Positions 54,430 through 64,000 of a stretch of DNA of 64,000 nt are shown here, piece by piece. Location: positions 64,001 to 128,000 of the IMG/VR virus record IMGVR_UViG_3300023243_000009. One strand, given 5' to 3'. The DNA comes from a virus. Numbering within the stretch: the stretch's first letter is position 1; each line of letters opens with the position of its first letter. The notes under the pieces were generated by a model, which saw only the letters and a program-made list of their open reading frames with translations, made no database searches and was not told the DNA's origin. Made by a program: the position numbers and the translations under genes.

Positions 54430-55722
54430 CTAGGGGGAGACCAGAGAATGGTAATTTTCTCCTTCCTTATAATTTAATTCAAACCCATAATTCGTATATA
54501 TGTTCTTAATTATATTTAGGACAACACCCATTTCACTATCCCTTATGTCTAAAAGTATTGAATCATATACATATAAAATTAGTTTTGAATCAAAACCCCT
54601 TAACTTACTAAGCACCTCCCATAAAATTGTTACTTGCATAGAAGATTCAAGACATTGTAATAAATAATTTAAAATTTTCCCAGGGTTCATATTAACATGA
54701 TTGATTTTAGATAAAATATAACCAGATATGGGACATACTATATATCCTTGCTTATTATATTCATCCCATAAATTTTTTTTATATAATGATATTTTTTGGA
54801 AAAATTCTAAATCTTTATATTCTTCTAAAGTACTACTATTTATTTGTTTTAGAGTTAATATTTTTGCCTCTTTCCTCCCTAAGCCGTAAATTTCCCCTAA
54901 GTATTCATATATACCCCCAGAGGGTATTTTATAATCTATAAGTTTAGATAAAATAACCACATGCATACTTTTAACATCGAGTTCCACAAACCTGTTATTA
55001 CGTGGTATAAAACTTTTTCTGCATCCATTTTCTTTATTAAGTGCGGCATAATTTACGTTTTTAAATTTATTTGAGGGTCTTGTTGTTGTTGTTTTTAAGT
55101 TATATTGAGTGTAGACGTATTCCTCACCTGATAGGGGGTGGAAATATTCTTCGAAGGTTGGTACATGTACTTTAATTCCACTTCGCTCGATTGCGTTGAA
55201 TACCATTGATACTTTATTATTAAAGAATTCATTGTATTTTGTTTTACATTGGTTTATAGTTGTTTTTAAATCTCTGAATATCGTTTCACATAATTCATAA
55301 TGTTTAACAACCGGGATAATTTGGTTTATATTTGGGTTATCACCATGTTGTCTATAATATAATTCATGTGTTTGTGTTGTAGGTCGTATATACGTAGTGG
55401 GGGGTGGTGTGGTGTTCCAAAGTGTTTTTAGAGGAAAATAATGTAATATTTCCTTTTTATCTCTACAATATAGAACTTCAAAGTTTTTTAGTATGTCAAA
55501 TATGTCTGTTTCATACGTGTTTAATTCGTTTAAAGTTTCACTATGGTTGACCCCTAACATAAACCCCTTGCTTGATTCATTTGGTCTAATATACACTAAA
55601 GATATGTGGTTTTGTGTTGGGTGTATATTATCATTGTATGGTATTACTTCTATGAATGCCTCCTTATAACCACTATTGTGGAAACACCTTAATTGCTCTT
55701 CTGTTTCTATTAACCAATACAT
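54430..55722 (-). CDS. family A DNA polymerase-like protein (compact/divergent)
   Basis: TTTRPS, N.AAL.K, motif A VELDVKSM, motif B RKEAK, motif C LYVYDS. Confidence 0.7.
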   Translation of the reverse strand: MYWLIETEEQLRCFHNSGYKEAFIEVIPYNDNIHPTQNHISLVYIRPNESSKGFMLGVNHSETLNELNTYETDIFDILKNFEVLYCRDKKEILHYFPLKTLWNTTPPPTTYIRPTTQTHELYYRQHGDNPNINQIIPVVKHYELCETIFRDLKTTINQCKTKYNEFFNNKVSMVFNAIERSGIKVHVPTFEEYFHPLSGEEYVYTQYNLKTTTTRPSNKFKNVNYAALNKENGCRKSFIPRNNRFVELDVKSMHVVILSKLIDYKIPSGGIYEYLGEIYGLGRKEAKILTLKQINSSTLEEYKDLEFFQKISLYKKNLWDEYNKQGYIVCPISGYILSKINHVNMNPGKILNYLLQCLESSMQVTILWEVLSKLRGFDSKLILYVYDSILLDIRDSEMGVVLNIIKNIYTNYGFELNYKEGENYHSLVSP

Positions 55723-55834
55723 TTATAACCTTTTGTTGGTAATGTAATAAGGCTCCCTATGGGAGCCTAGTTATTTGTTGTTTGTTATTTGTTATTTGGT
55801 ATAAATATATGAAAGTAAATTAAGATATCAACAT

Positions 55835-56446
55835 TTATTTGCAGAATTGGTCGTATCTTTTTTTAAAGTAAGATGTAAAACCTCTTAACCTATTATCTCT
55901 TTGGGATTTTTCAACAATATTTTTATTTGTATTATACACTTGATTTCTATCTCCGGTTATGTCCCAGGGTAATGTAATTGGTTCATATAATTGATATGCT
56001 ACCATTTCATCTCTATTTACATATTTTTGATATTGTTCTTTGTTTACCTCTATGAATTTAGGTTCGTTTGTTTTACTTAAAAAATATCTTTGAAATTCAC
56101 CTAATTTATAATCGGATTCTGTTGGTTGAGGATAGATTCTGATGGGTTGAGATGGTGTAACGGTATTTGGGAGGGGGGTGTTTAAATAATCCCAAGTCCA
56201 TATTGTTGTTTTTGTTTTAGAAATTAGGGAAAGATTGGCAAGGCCTAAACTTTGATCATTTATAATTTTTGATTCTAGTTCTATTAAAAGTCTTACAGGT
56301 TGGTCTTGTGGGTTTTTACCCGTATAATAGGCACCAGTAGATGTTGAAAAATAAGAACCAATATATTCTTCTCCTGTGGCTTCAATTATAAATTCTTCAC
56401 CAGATGTAGATAAATTTGTTTTTATTTGTGATTTTGGGAAATACAT
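55835..56446 (-). CDS. putative baseplate-associated protein
   Basis: MYFPKSQI...T.GEEF, YIG.Y, YP.PT..DY..G...RYF; follows the baseplate genes. Confidence 0.55.
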   Translation of the reverse strand: MYFPKSQIKTNLSTSGEEFIIEATGEEYIGSYFSTSTGAYYTGKNPQDQPVRLLIELESKIINDQSLGLANLSLISKTKTTIWTWDYLNTPLPNTVTPSQPIRIYPQPTESDYKLGEFQRYFLSKTNEPKFIEVNKEQYQKYVNRDEMVAYQLYEPITLPWDITGDRNQVYNTNKNIVEKSQRDNRLRGFTSYFKKRYDQFCK

Positions 56447-56456
56447 AAATTAAGTA

Positions 56457-59400
56457 TTAAAAAAGGTTGTTGAAAATTGATGTTGCTGCTAAAATATTAG
56501 ATTGAGTATCACTTACACTACTGATTTGGTACTCCCAATGCCAAGCTTCCCAACTTTCATCTCTTGTTTTTGGATTTAGACGTTTAAAACCAAATTTTAT
56601 TGCGTTTTTTGCTAACCATTTGTATTGGGGGTCTTGTGGTTTTATTGCGGAAAAAGAGAGAGTTGCAAAATCTACAGCTACACCAAAACCATGATTTGAT
56701 GATCCTGGGGATGCTGCTGCACCTTTTCCAGATATTGGTTGGCATTTTGCACCTCTTGCTGGTAGATTTGAGCAATTTTGTTTAAAGACTCTTTCTTGAT
56801 CATCATACGTCCTATAAGCACTGTTGATTTTAAATTGAATGTTATCTTTTTTAGCTTGTTCTAATAACTTATCTAAGGCTAAAGATGCTTCGGTGAATAA
56901 ACGGATTCTCTTTTCATCACTTTGAATATATCCTTTATATTCAAATTCATTATTAATAGTACGTAATTTATTATTTGGGATTTCTCCGTTTGTATATGTA
57001 GTTCCTAATATTTGTTTAGTTGTTCCTCCTCTATTCCCACTAAAATCTGTTACTATGACTTCAGGAAGATCTCCACTAACATTTGTAACACTTGATATGC
57101 CATTAGAAGTATTATCTTTTAAATTAGACGTAGAAATTGTTCCTAATACGGTATCCCAATTATTGCCAGATATTCTATGGTTTATTTTGGTAACTAAAAA
57201 ATCAAGAGCTTCCCCATAGTTAGGAGGTAAAAATCTAGTATCTATATTTAATTTATTATATATCTTTACACCCGAAAGTCCTTCCAAAGTAAGATCAAAA
57301 GATACAGGGATAAACCCTATGTTGCCTGAGGCTTCTTGGGTTTCTTTAAATTGGTTTTGGGATAAAGTATCTATATAAGATTTAAAGGTGGATTTACCCC
57401 TATTTATTAAATCATCATCAATAAATAATTTATTATATTTTTTTGATATGTTAAATTCTTTTTTTGCAGTTCCATTACTAAAAGTATAAGGGAAATTTGC
57501 ACCGAATATATCATGTAAACAACCTGCATATGTATTTTGTGTTATTCTTTCTATTTCATTTTCCTCATATGTTTTAGCATCTAATTCTATTTTTTTCTTA
57601 GTAGTATCTTGTACAAATTTTCTAGCAACATCTTCTTTAGTACCTAATTGATCTTTATAACCAATCCACTTACGACCACTTGTAGTAGGGTAACTGGATG
57701 AATAAGGTAAAATCCATTTAGCATTACTTGAGTCACTCTCAAGGGTTGCTAAGGCATAATTATATGCATCCTTTTTATATTGAATTAAATCTGTACCGGT
57801 AGATGTTTTATCTTTAGAAGAGAGGAATGGTATGGGGTCTTTATATTGGAGTTGAAATCTATCTTTTAAACCTATATTCCATTTAGAAAAAGCAGTAGCA
57901 TCAGAATTTTTAGTTGATTTACCATCGGCTGTAGCCCCAATAGAAATCATACTAGCCATAGAGTTGTCTATTTTTGTTTGAAATTTTATATCTTTTAAAA
58001 AGTTGGATTTTCCACCATTATAACCAAAAACTTCTATTTTTGGATTTGTCTTTGGTGATGGTGGGGATTTTTGGATAAATTTACTTAACCCCGGGATTGG
58101 GTTTTGGTCTATAATAACTAAAGTTTTATCATCTTTAATTACAGGTTCTAAATTGTTAAATCCTCCTAAAGATTGATTTAAACCATTACATATGGATTCA
58201 ACTAAAGTATAAAGACTTAAGTTTCCATTTTCATCTACATTATCTTTTAAAATTTTTAGAAGAAAATTAACATTTAAATACACATTCATTAATTTGCCGG
58301 CAGTAAAACCATCTTTTTCTACCATAAACTTTTGGGGTAAACCTACATTGATTTTACTAAAGGGTGATTTATCTTTTAAATTTTGATAAGAATCTAAAAA
58401 GTTTTTCCCCCACTTCATTGTAAATAAACACACTTTGGGGTCAAATGGAAGTTGATTAAAATATGTTTTTATATAATTATCTTCAGGTGATGTTTCTATG
58501 GATATAATACTTTCATTTTCTGAAGCTTTAGGGATTACTAGGTCTGTTAGATTATCTAAAAAGAGTCCAAGTCTTATAAAATAATTGAATTCTCCTTTAG
58601 GTAAAGGTTTACCATATACTGCTTCAGTTACACCTGGGATATCTTTATATGAAATTAGAGGGGAATCTTTAGTATTTTTATCATGATTAATTATTTTTTT
58701 ATTAAGATATCGACTTACTACGTCATTACCCATAGAAAGATAATTTAAAGATTCCTCATCAAAACCTTTAGCTTTTAATTTAGTTTGATTTAAGGTTAAT
58801 TCCTCTTTACCTGCTATTGGGGCACTAGTGTTAACCTTTAAAGATTCTACTACATCTCCAACTGTAATTAAGTTTATTGTTATATCATAACTACCATCGG
58901 GATTAAAATTCCATGTAAAGTTATTTACTTTACCGAAAAACCCATCATAATTACCATGATATATATCGCTTCTATATCTTTCTATAGCTTGAATCATTTT
59001 AGAAGGGGTATAAGTTTCGTTTTTAAACCATAAATCTTCTATAATGGTATTTCCTGTCTCTTCTATAGTAAAGGTACCATCTTGTTTTATTTCCTTAATA
59101 TATTTATCCCATCCCCATTCTAACATCATAGTGTAACCTAATCTTAAGTAAAGCATTTCTATAATAGAAAATTGGTATCTATTGAATGCTTTTAAAGTTA
59201 CAGTTGCTTTACGAATTGAGCCTCTATTTACACAATCTATAGATACATCTATTATACCTGGGGTGGGTTGTAGGCCCATTTCTGTACCTCCAAAACCGTA
59301 AGAAGAATCTACATCTAACCAAGATTGTTGGGAGGTTTGTATACCCCTTCTAAAAGTATAATCAGAAAAATCTTGAGTTCCTTTTTTAAAGTTAAGATTA

Positions 59401-59747
59401 GATAAAGTATTAAATAATACAAAGTTTTTAGCTAAACCCTGACCATTATATTTAATATAACCAATTTTTGAAGACGGATCACCTAAATCTTTAGATATAG
59501 AAGTTAATCTAGATATTCCCGTACTTTTTTCAGGTAGATTTTTCCCATCAATTTTATCAACTAAAGCTACACCTGAAGCCATTTTGACCCAAGCATTTCT
59601 ATTATTTAAATAAGTTAATAGTGTTGTGTTGTTTGTTCTATTTATAGAAGATCCTACACTCCCCGCACCATTTAATTTTTGTCTTATATCTATTTGATCA
59701 AAAACGTATTGTTTAAATTCTTCACCTAGGATATTCCCTTGTTCCAT
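56457..59747 (-). CDS. baseplate hub / tail-associated lysin with C-terminal M15 (VanY-like) peptidase
   Basis: 1096 aa; LEWGW, GKVNNF.W; SAYRT..DQ, PGSSNHG.G.AVD, EAWHWEY. Confidence 0.8.
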   Translation of the reverse strand: MEQGNILGEEFKQYVFDQIDIRQKLNGAGSVGSSINRTNNTTLLTYLNNRNAWVKMASGVALVDKIDGKNLPEKSTGISRLTSISKDLGDPSSKIGYIKYNGQGLAKNFVLFNTLSNLNFKKGTQDFSDYTFRRGIQTSQQSWLDVDSSYGFGGTEMGLQPTPGIIDVSIDCVNRGSIRKATVTLKAFNRYQFSIIEMLYLRLGYTMMLEWGWDKYIKEIKQDGTFTIEETGNTIIEDLWFKNETYTPSKMIQAIERYRSDIYHGNYDGFFGKVNNFTWNFNPDGSYDITINLITVGDVVESLKVNTSAPIAGKEELTLNQTKLKAKGFDEESLNYLSMGNDVVSRYLNKKIINHDKNTKDSPLISYKDIPGVTEAVYGKPLPKGEFNYFIRLGLFLDNLTDLVIPKASENESIISIETSPEDNYIKTYFNQLPFDPKVCLFTMKWGKNFLDSYQNLKDKSPFSKINVGLPQKFMVEKDGFTAGKLMNVYLNVNFLLKILKDNVDENGNLSLYTLVESICNGLNQSLGGFNNLEPVIKDDKTLVIIDQNPIPGLSKFIQKSPPSPKTNPKIEVFGYNGGKSNFLKDIKFQTKIDNSMASMISIGATADGKSTKNSDATAFSKWNIGLKDRFQLQYKDPIPFLSSKDKTSTGTDLIQYKKDAYNYALATLESDSSNAKWILPYSSSYPTTSGRKWIGYKDQLGTKEDVARKFVQDTTKKKIELDAKTYEENEIERITQNTYAGCLHDIFGANFPYTFSNGTAKKEFNISKKYNKLFIDDDLINRGKSTFKSYIDTLSQNQFKETQEASGNIGFIPVSFDLTLEGLSGVKIYNKLNIDTRFLPPNYGEALDFLVTKINHRISGNNWDTVLGTISTSNLKDNTSNGISSVTNVSGDLPEVIVTDFSGNRGGTTKQILGTTYTNGEIPNNKLRTINNEFEYKGYIQSDEKRIRLFTEASLALDKLLEQAKKDNIQFKINSAYRTYDDQERVFKQNCSNLPARGAKCQPISGKGAAASPGSSNHGFGVAVDFATLSFSAIKPQDPQYKWLAKNAIKFGFKRLNPKTRDESWEAWHWEYQISSVSDTQSNILAATSIFNNLF

Positions 59748-59749
59748 AA

Positions 59750-60052
59750 CTAGTTATTATTTAATTCATTAAATAAAGATGTAATTTGACTTATATTTGT
59801 TGGTATTCTTAATTGAGAACCAACGGGTGGATAATATGAATTTTGTTTTAATTGTGGGTTTGCTATAGAAATTACCCACCATAGTGAGGAATTACTATAA
59901 TAAGTTTGAGCTAAAGTATCAAATCTGTCTCCCACAGTTGTATAAACGTAAATATCACTAAAACTTAAAGGAATATCCGGATATTTAGTTATTGTTCTAA
60001 ATGTCTTTCCTTTAGTTGAGATTGTTGTTGGTATTTGTGTATATCTACCCAT
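59750..60052 (-). CDS. LysM-like baseplate wedge / tail X protein
   Basis: GDRFDTLA..YY...LWWVI..AN ... G..LRIP. Confidence 0.8.
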   Translation of the reverse strand: MGRYTQIPTTISTKGKTFRTITKYPDIPLSFSDIYVYTTVGDRFDTLAQTYYSNSSLWWVISIANPQLKQNSYYPPVGSQLRIPTNISQITSLFNELNNN

Positions 60053-60073
60053 TTAATTTTAAATTTATGTTGG

Positions 60074-62029
60074 TCATACCAACCCAGTTGACAATGAAGT
60101 TGAAGAAACTAAAGGTTGGAGTGTTAAGGGTTTAAAAGTAGAGGTTAACGGAAAAGGGATGGGTTTAATCTTGGTATTTAAATTATAATTTGTTGTTAAA
60201 CCATTACTTAATGCTATATATCTTTCATCACCATATTTAGTTAATTCTCCTTCATTATTCTTACCAAATGTATTCTTTTGTACAGCAGGTACAAAATCAT
60301 GGATTGGGATAAATTTGAATCCTGTTACTTTAATCATGTGGGGTAATTCTTTTACACTATCATCTGATTCTACTTCTAGAGGTGAAGATTCTTTTGCTGA
60401 CCCATAAGGGATTGCAATTTCCCATGGTGACTCTTGAGGCACATCGTATGTAATAGAGGTCATTATTCCAACCTGTTCGTATAAGTACCCACCAATTGTT
60501 AATTTTACTAAATTACCACGCATATATCCTAATTTTGAATAATCAGGAGCACATACTGAGGCTAAATAGTTTAATTTTTGATACATAGGTATTAGTTCTG
60601 CTTTTGATTGGGCAACTACCGTCCAAGATAATGAAATTGATCTGTCAAACCCATTATATCTATAAAAGTTTTCACCTCTTCCCATAAATTTTTGGGATTG
60701 CCAATCTGCAGAATAAGAATCACTCATCGAATCTATAAAAGCTCGGAAATGAATATTAGTTTTTTTAGTAGGGTCTTCATTATCTATAACACCTATTCTA
60801 AATTTAACAAGGTCATTTACAGCAGGAACATTTGATACATTTTGATTAGGTAATGTTTTATATATTTGCCTATAATTAATAGTATCTAATACTACACTAT
60901 CATCTTTTTCTTTCTTTCCAGGGTTTCCTAAATTTACTCTTATTTCTATATTTCCTGCTTTATTATAATCTAATCTAGAATATCCTTTGGGGTTTAGGAT
61001 ATTAGGTCCTATTTTAGGTTCAAACCTAGAAGATGTTTTTAATATTATTTGTTCCTGAGTAAGAGTGTTACTTCCTGCTATTTGGGTATTAGTTTTAAGA
61101 GTACCGGGGAGATATACACTATTTAAAAGGGGTATGTTAGTATCAGCCTTTATAATATTATTTTGTGATGGATCATGTACTACGCTAAAATATTTACCAG
61201 TAGCTCCAAATTTATATGTAATATTATTTATCCTATCTTGTATTCCTTGAGAATGTTGAGGTCTTAAGTTTGTATATTTACTAGGATTATAAGTTATAGT
61301 AGTAACATCATCACCTATATTAAATGTTTCTGTTGATATTCCTAAAGTAAGAAAATTTTGTCTATAATTTAAATTAGAATTGTTTATACCTGTTCTATCC
61401 TTAGCAATTTTTATATTAGTTTTACCAACTCCTAAAACAGAACCAGGTCCCCCATTGTAGGAATAAAGATTTATTTGATTATCCTTTTTTGAGTTTACAA
61501 ATTCTAAATAACCCTCTAATCTACTTTTGCTTTTTTTGTTAACTAAATCTTTATAATAAGGTTGACCTAAAGGATCAAAATCTAATATAGAATTAATAAA
61601 ATTATTGTTTCCTTTCCCAATCCCCTTAAGTGGATTTAAACCTTGTTTATTTAAATGTAATCCTAAAGGAGCCCCTGCAGCCCCTAATATGGTAGAAGTA
61701 GGCAAATAGATACCGTTATTTAATATGGCACCTTCTCCATTGGTTGCTACCGAGCTACGCGATAATATATTTTGTTTTACAGTAAATAATAAACCATTTG
61801 GTGATTTAAAATCAAAAAACATCTGTGTTAAACGAGATATATCTTTTAAAATTCTACCAGGTGTTAATAATCCTCCTCTTAAGAGAAAGTCAGGACCTCC
61901 CGTAGAACCTAAATCCCCTTCATTTGAAGGAAGTTTAGATTTAATATAAGGTTGGTTACTACTTCCCCCTCCTATTCTATCTTTACCATAACGTAAAGAT
62001 TTTAAATTCGTTCTTAAATTAACTAACAT
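60074..62029 (-). CDS. baseplate / tail-tube initiator-like protein
   Basis: FRAFI...SDSYSADW....MGRGENFYRY.GFDR...; YEQ.G. Confidence 0.7.
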   Translation of the reverse strand: MLVNLRTNLKSLRYGKDRIGGGSSNQPYIKSKLPSNEGDLGSTGGPDFLLRGGLLTPGRILKDISRLTQMFFDFKSPNGLLFTVKQNILSRSSVATNGEGAILNNGIYLPTSTILGAAGAPLGLHLNKQGLNPLKGIGKGNNNFINSILDFDPLGQPYYKDLVNKKSKSRLEGYLEFVNSKKDNQINLYSYNGGPGSVLGVGKTNIKIAKDRTGINNSNLNYRQNFLTLGISTETFNIGDDVTTITYNPSKYTNLRPQHSQGIQDRINNITYKFGATGKYFSVVHDPSQNNIIKADTNIPLLNSVYLPGTLKTNTQIAGSNTLTQEQIILKTSSRFEPKIGPNILNPKGYSRLDYNKAGNIEIRVNLGNPGKKEKDDSVVLDTINYRQIYKTLPNQNVSNVPAVNDLVKFRIGVIDNEDPTKKTNIHFRAFIDSMSDSYSADWQSQKFMGRGENFYRYNGFDRSISLSWTVVAQSKAELIPMYQKLNYLASVCAPDYSKLGYMRGNLVKLTIGGYLYEQVGIMTSITYDVPQESPWEIAIPYGSAKESSPLEVESDDSVKELPHMIKVTGFKFIPIHDFVPAVQKNTFGKNNEGELTKYGDERYIALSNGLTTNYNLNTKIKPIPFPLTSTFKPLTLQPLVSSTSLSTGLV

Positions 62030-62051
62030 ATTCTACTATAAATATTGAATG

Positions 62052-64000
62052 TTATTGGATTGCGTATCTGTTTACAGACATTGCTGTACCCATATCTGTT
62101 GAGTCTAGTTTTATTGTACCTTGTTTAGATAGGATTTGACGTAATAGGGTATTTGTTTCCTTAGCTTCTGAATTGTTTCCTCCTCCTAGATTAGTGCCCG
62201 CTACTACAGTATCGTTATTGTTAAGAGCAATTGTGTCTTTACCTTTTTTAATTATGGTTTCTCCATATCCTGAAGGGATTATAGCATCATCTGCTCTGGA
62301 TGCTCTACTAATATCTGATGCTCCTCCTGTAATTGCTCCTACAATTGCTCCAGGGATGGCTCCAACACCCCCAAATGCTGCTCCCGCTATTGCTCCTGTT
62401 GCGGCACCCCCTAAAATCCCCATAATAGGTTCTAAGAATTTCACTATTTTTCCTACAAGATTAAATATCATACCTAAAAATTCAAATACGGGCATTAAAG
62501 CAGTAGCTACGTCTGCAAATATTTCTTTAAGTTTTTCTACAGAGGCATTAAATTTGTCTTGAACAGTTTGGGCTTCTAATCTATCTGCTAGTTCATCTTT
62601 ACCTAATGCTCTTAATTCTTTAGCTGTTTTACCTTGTATATCTTGTTTAAATAATATGTCAGCAAGTTCATCAGATTGCATGCCCATAGCTTTAGCTATG
62701 GCTTCTTGTTGAAGAACATTCATTTTCATGAAGCTATCAAAATCTCCTGCTTCTTTTCTTAATTCTTTAGCTAAAGTAACTTGATCACCATTTAAAGCAG
62801 CTAATCTAGCTTTTTCTAGATTAATATCCCGACCCAACAATAGTTCAGCTTCTAGTTCTGATGTTATTGATGATTCAAAATCTAATAAAGATTTACCTGC
62901 GCTTGCTACTTGTTGTAAAGAAGCACCAAATAGTTTAGATTGTGTAATGGCCTTTGCTATATTTGCAGGATTTGCTCCTAAATTTGCTCTAACAGTTCCT
63001 GTTACTTTACCTGTTTCTTCTAATATTTCTCTTAAATCAAATTGAACTCCTTCTTGACGTTGAAGTTCATAACTAGTTCCTAATACATCTTTATAATTTG
63101 ATTCGAAGCTTTTACCTGTTAACGTTGAGGCTGCAGCCAAATTACCGGCTGCTTCAGATGATACACCTACTACATTTGTAAGTTTAGTCATTGTAACTAA
63201 CGTACTAGATGCAAAATTAGTTATAAAACCAAATTGTTTGTTTAAATCACTAAATGTTTTTAATAATTTAGAAGCAGTAATATTTATATCTCCTGATTGT
63301 TTGGCAGCTGTGGATAAATTTGATCTAAAACTAGCAGCTTCATTTGCAGATAAAGCCATTCCTTTTTGAAGTTCAACTGTTTCTTTGTTAACTCTACCAA
63401 AGGCGGATAATAATTCTAGAATTATAGTAAGAGGACCTAATACTTTTTTGAAAACCGCTCCTATTGCCGGACCTAAAGTTTTAAGCCCAGCCATAAAAGG
63501 GTTTAAATTTTTAGTTAAACCTAAGGATTGAGCCCTAGCAGCAGCAGCAGTACCTGAAAGTGCTTTTCCATTTTTTCCAAACAACCCAAATTGGGCCCCT
63601 AATTCTTTAGTAAGACCTTCCCCAGTTCTAAGCATTTGAAGTTGTTCTTTAGAAGCACCTTTGACTGAACCAAACATTTGGAGGTTACTAGCAGCTTGTT
63701 TTCTTGAAGATTCGGCGGCGTCATCAAAAGGTTTTGAAAATTTACTTAATCCTGGGATTTTATTTGCTATATCAGATAAAGCACCAAAAGTTTTGGCTCC
63801 AAAATTATCTGCTACTTTTTGGGAATCTTCTTGTACTATTTTTAATTCTTTTTTAAGAAGTTCTGCTTCTTTAACTTGAATTTTTAAATTTTCAGATATG
63901 TTTTGGGATAATTCATCTTCTTCTTTAGAAAACTTTAATTGTTGTTGTTTTAAAAATATTACATCTTTATCTAATTTAGATATATCTTTAGTAGTTTTAG
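62052..64000 (-). CDS. tail tape measure protein (5' end beyond window)
   Basis: Ala/Gly/Leu-rich helical protein; I read the frame upstream of 63677 and found no stop up to 64000. Confidence 0.8.
   Translation of the reverse strand, partial: KTTKDISKLDKDVIFLKQQQLKFSKEEDELSQNISENLKIQVKEAELLKKELKIVQEDSQKVADNFGAKTFGALSDIANKIPGLSKFSKPFDDAAESSRKQAASNLQMFGSVKGASKEQLQMLRTGEGLTKELGAQFGLFGKNGKALSGTAAAARAQSLGLTKNLNPFMAGLKTLGPAIGAVFKKVLGPLTIILELLSAFGRVNKETVELQKGMALSANEAASFRSNLSTAAKQSGDINITASKLLKTFSDLNKQFGFITNFASSTLVTMTKLTNVVGVSSEAAGNLAAASTLTGKSFESNYKDVLGTSYELQRQEGVQFDLREILEETGKVTGTVRANLGANPANIAKAITQSKLFGASLQQVASAGKSLLDFESSITSELEAELLLGRDINLEKARLAALNGDQVTLAKELRKEAGDFDSFMKMNVLQQEAIAKAMGMQSDELADILFKQDIQGKTAKELRALGKDELADRLEAQTVQDKFNASVEKLKEIFADVATALMPVFEFLGMIFNLVGKIVKFLEPIMGILGGAATGAIAGAAFGGVGAIPGAIVGAITGGASDISRASRADDAIIPSGYGETIIKKGKDTIALNNNDTVVAGTNLGGGNNSEAKETNTLLRQILSKQGTIKLDSTDMGTAMSVNRYAIQ

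Noticed and set aside
21282-56775. Alternate-frame minus-strand ORFs (21282, 21942, 33763, 41532, 47484, 48696, 56584)
   Set aside because: Nested in longer genes with clear motifs; no independent evidence

Overview
64 kb of an AT-rich jumbo (myovirus-type) phage genome, most likely infecting Bacteroidota (Flavobacteriia-like). Essentially every real gene is on the minus strand. From left to right: (i) an array of small ORFs separated by attC-like imperfect inverted repeats (1-2545), which looks like an integron gene-cassette array with no integrase in the window; (ii) four glycosyltransferases, a Cas4/RecB-like nuclease, clamp loader, clamp, GroES/GroEL and a family B DNA polymerase split into two genes; (iii) the 7-deazaguanine genes folE, queE and queD, with queC and a TGT/DpdA-fold gene further right; (iv) a 6.3 kb cluster of 26 conventional tRNAs covering all 20 amino acids, 5 atypical tRNA-like genes and many structured spacer RNAs, led by boxA-like elements; (v) accessory genes, including a duplicated metallophosphoesterase, and a lysis module; (vi) nrdA broken into two genes by a naturally split intein at the catalytic Cys, with a GIY-YIG endonuclease in between, then nrdB, DnaB, a 5'-3' exonuclease, RecA/UvsX, SSB and a PolA-like gene; (vii) baseplate genes and a tape measure gene that runs off the right edge. 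All calls come from reading motifs by eye; no database search was run. tRNA/ncRNA and regulatory coordinates may be off by a few nt.
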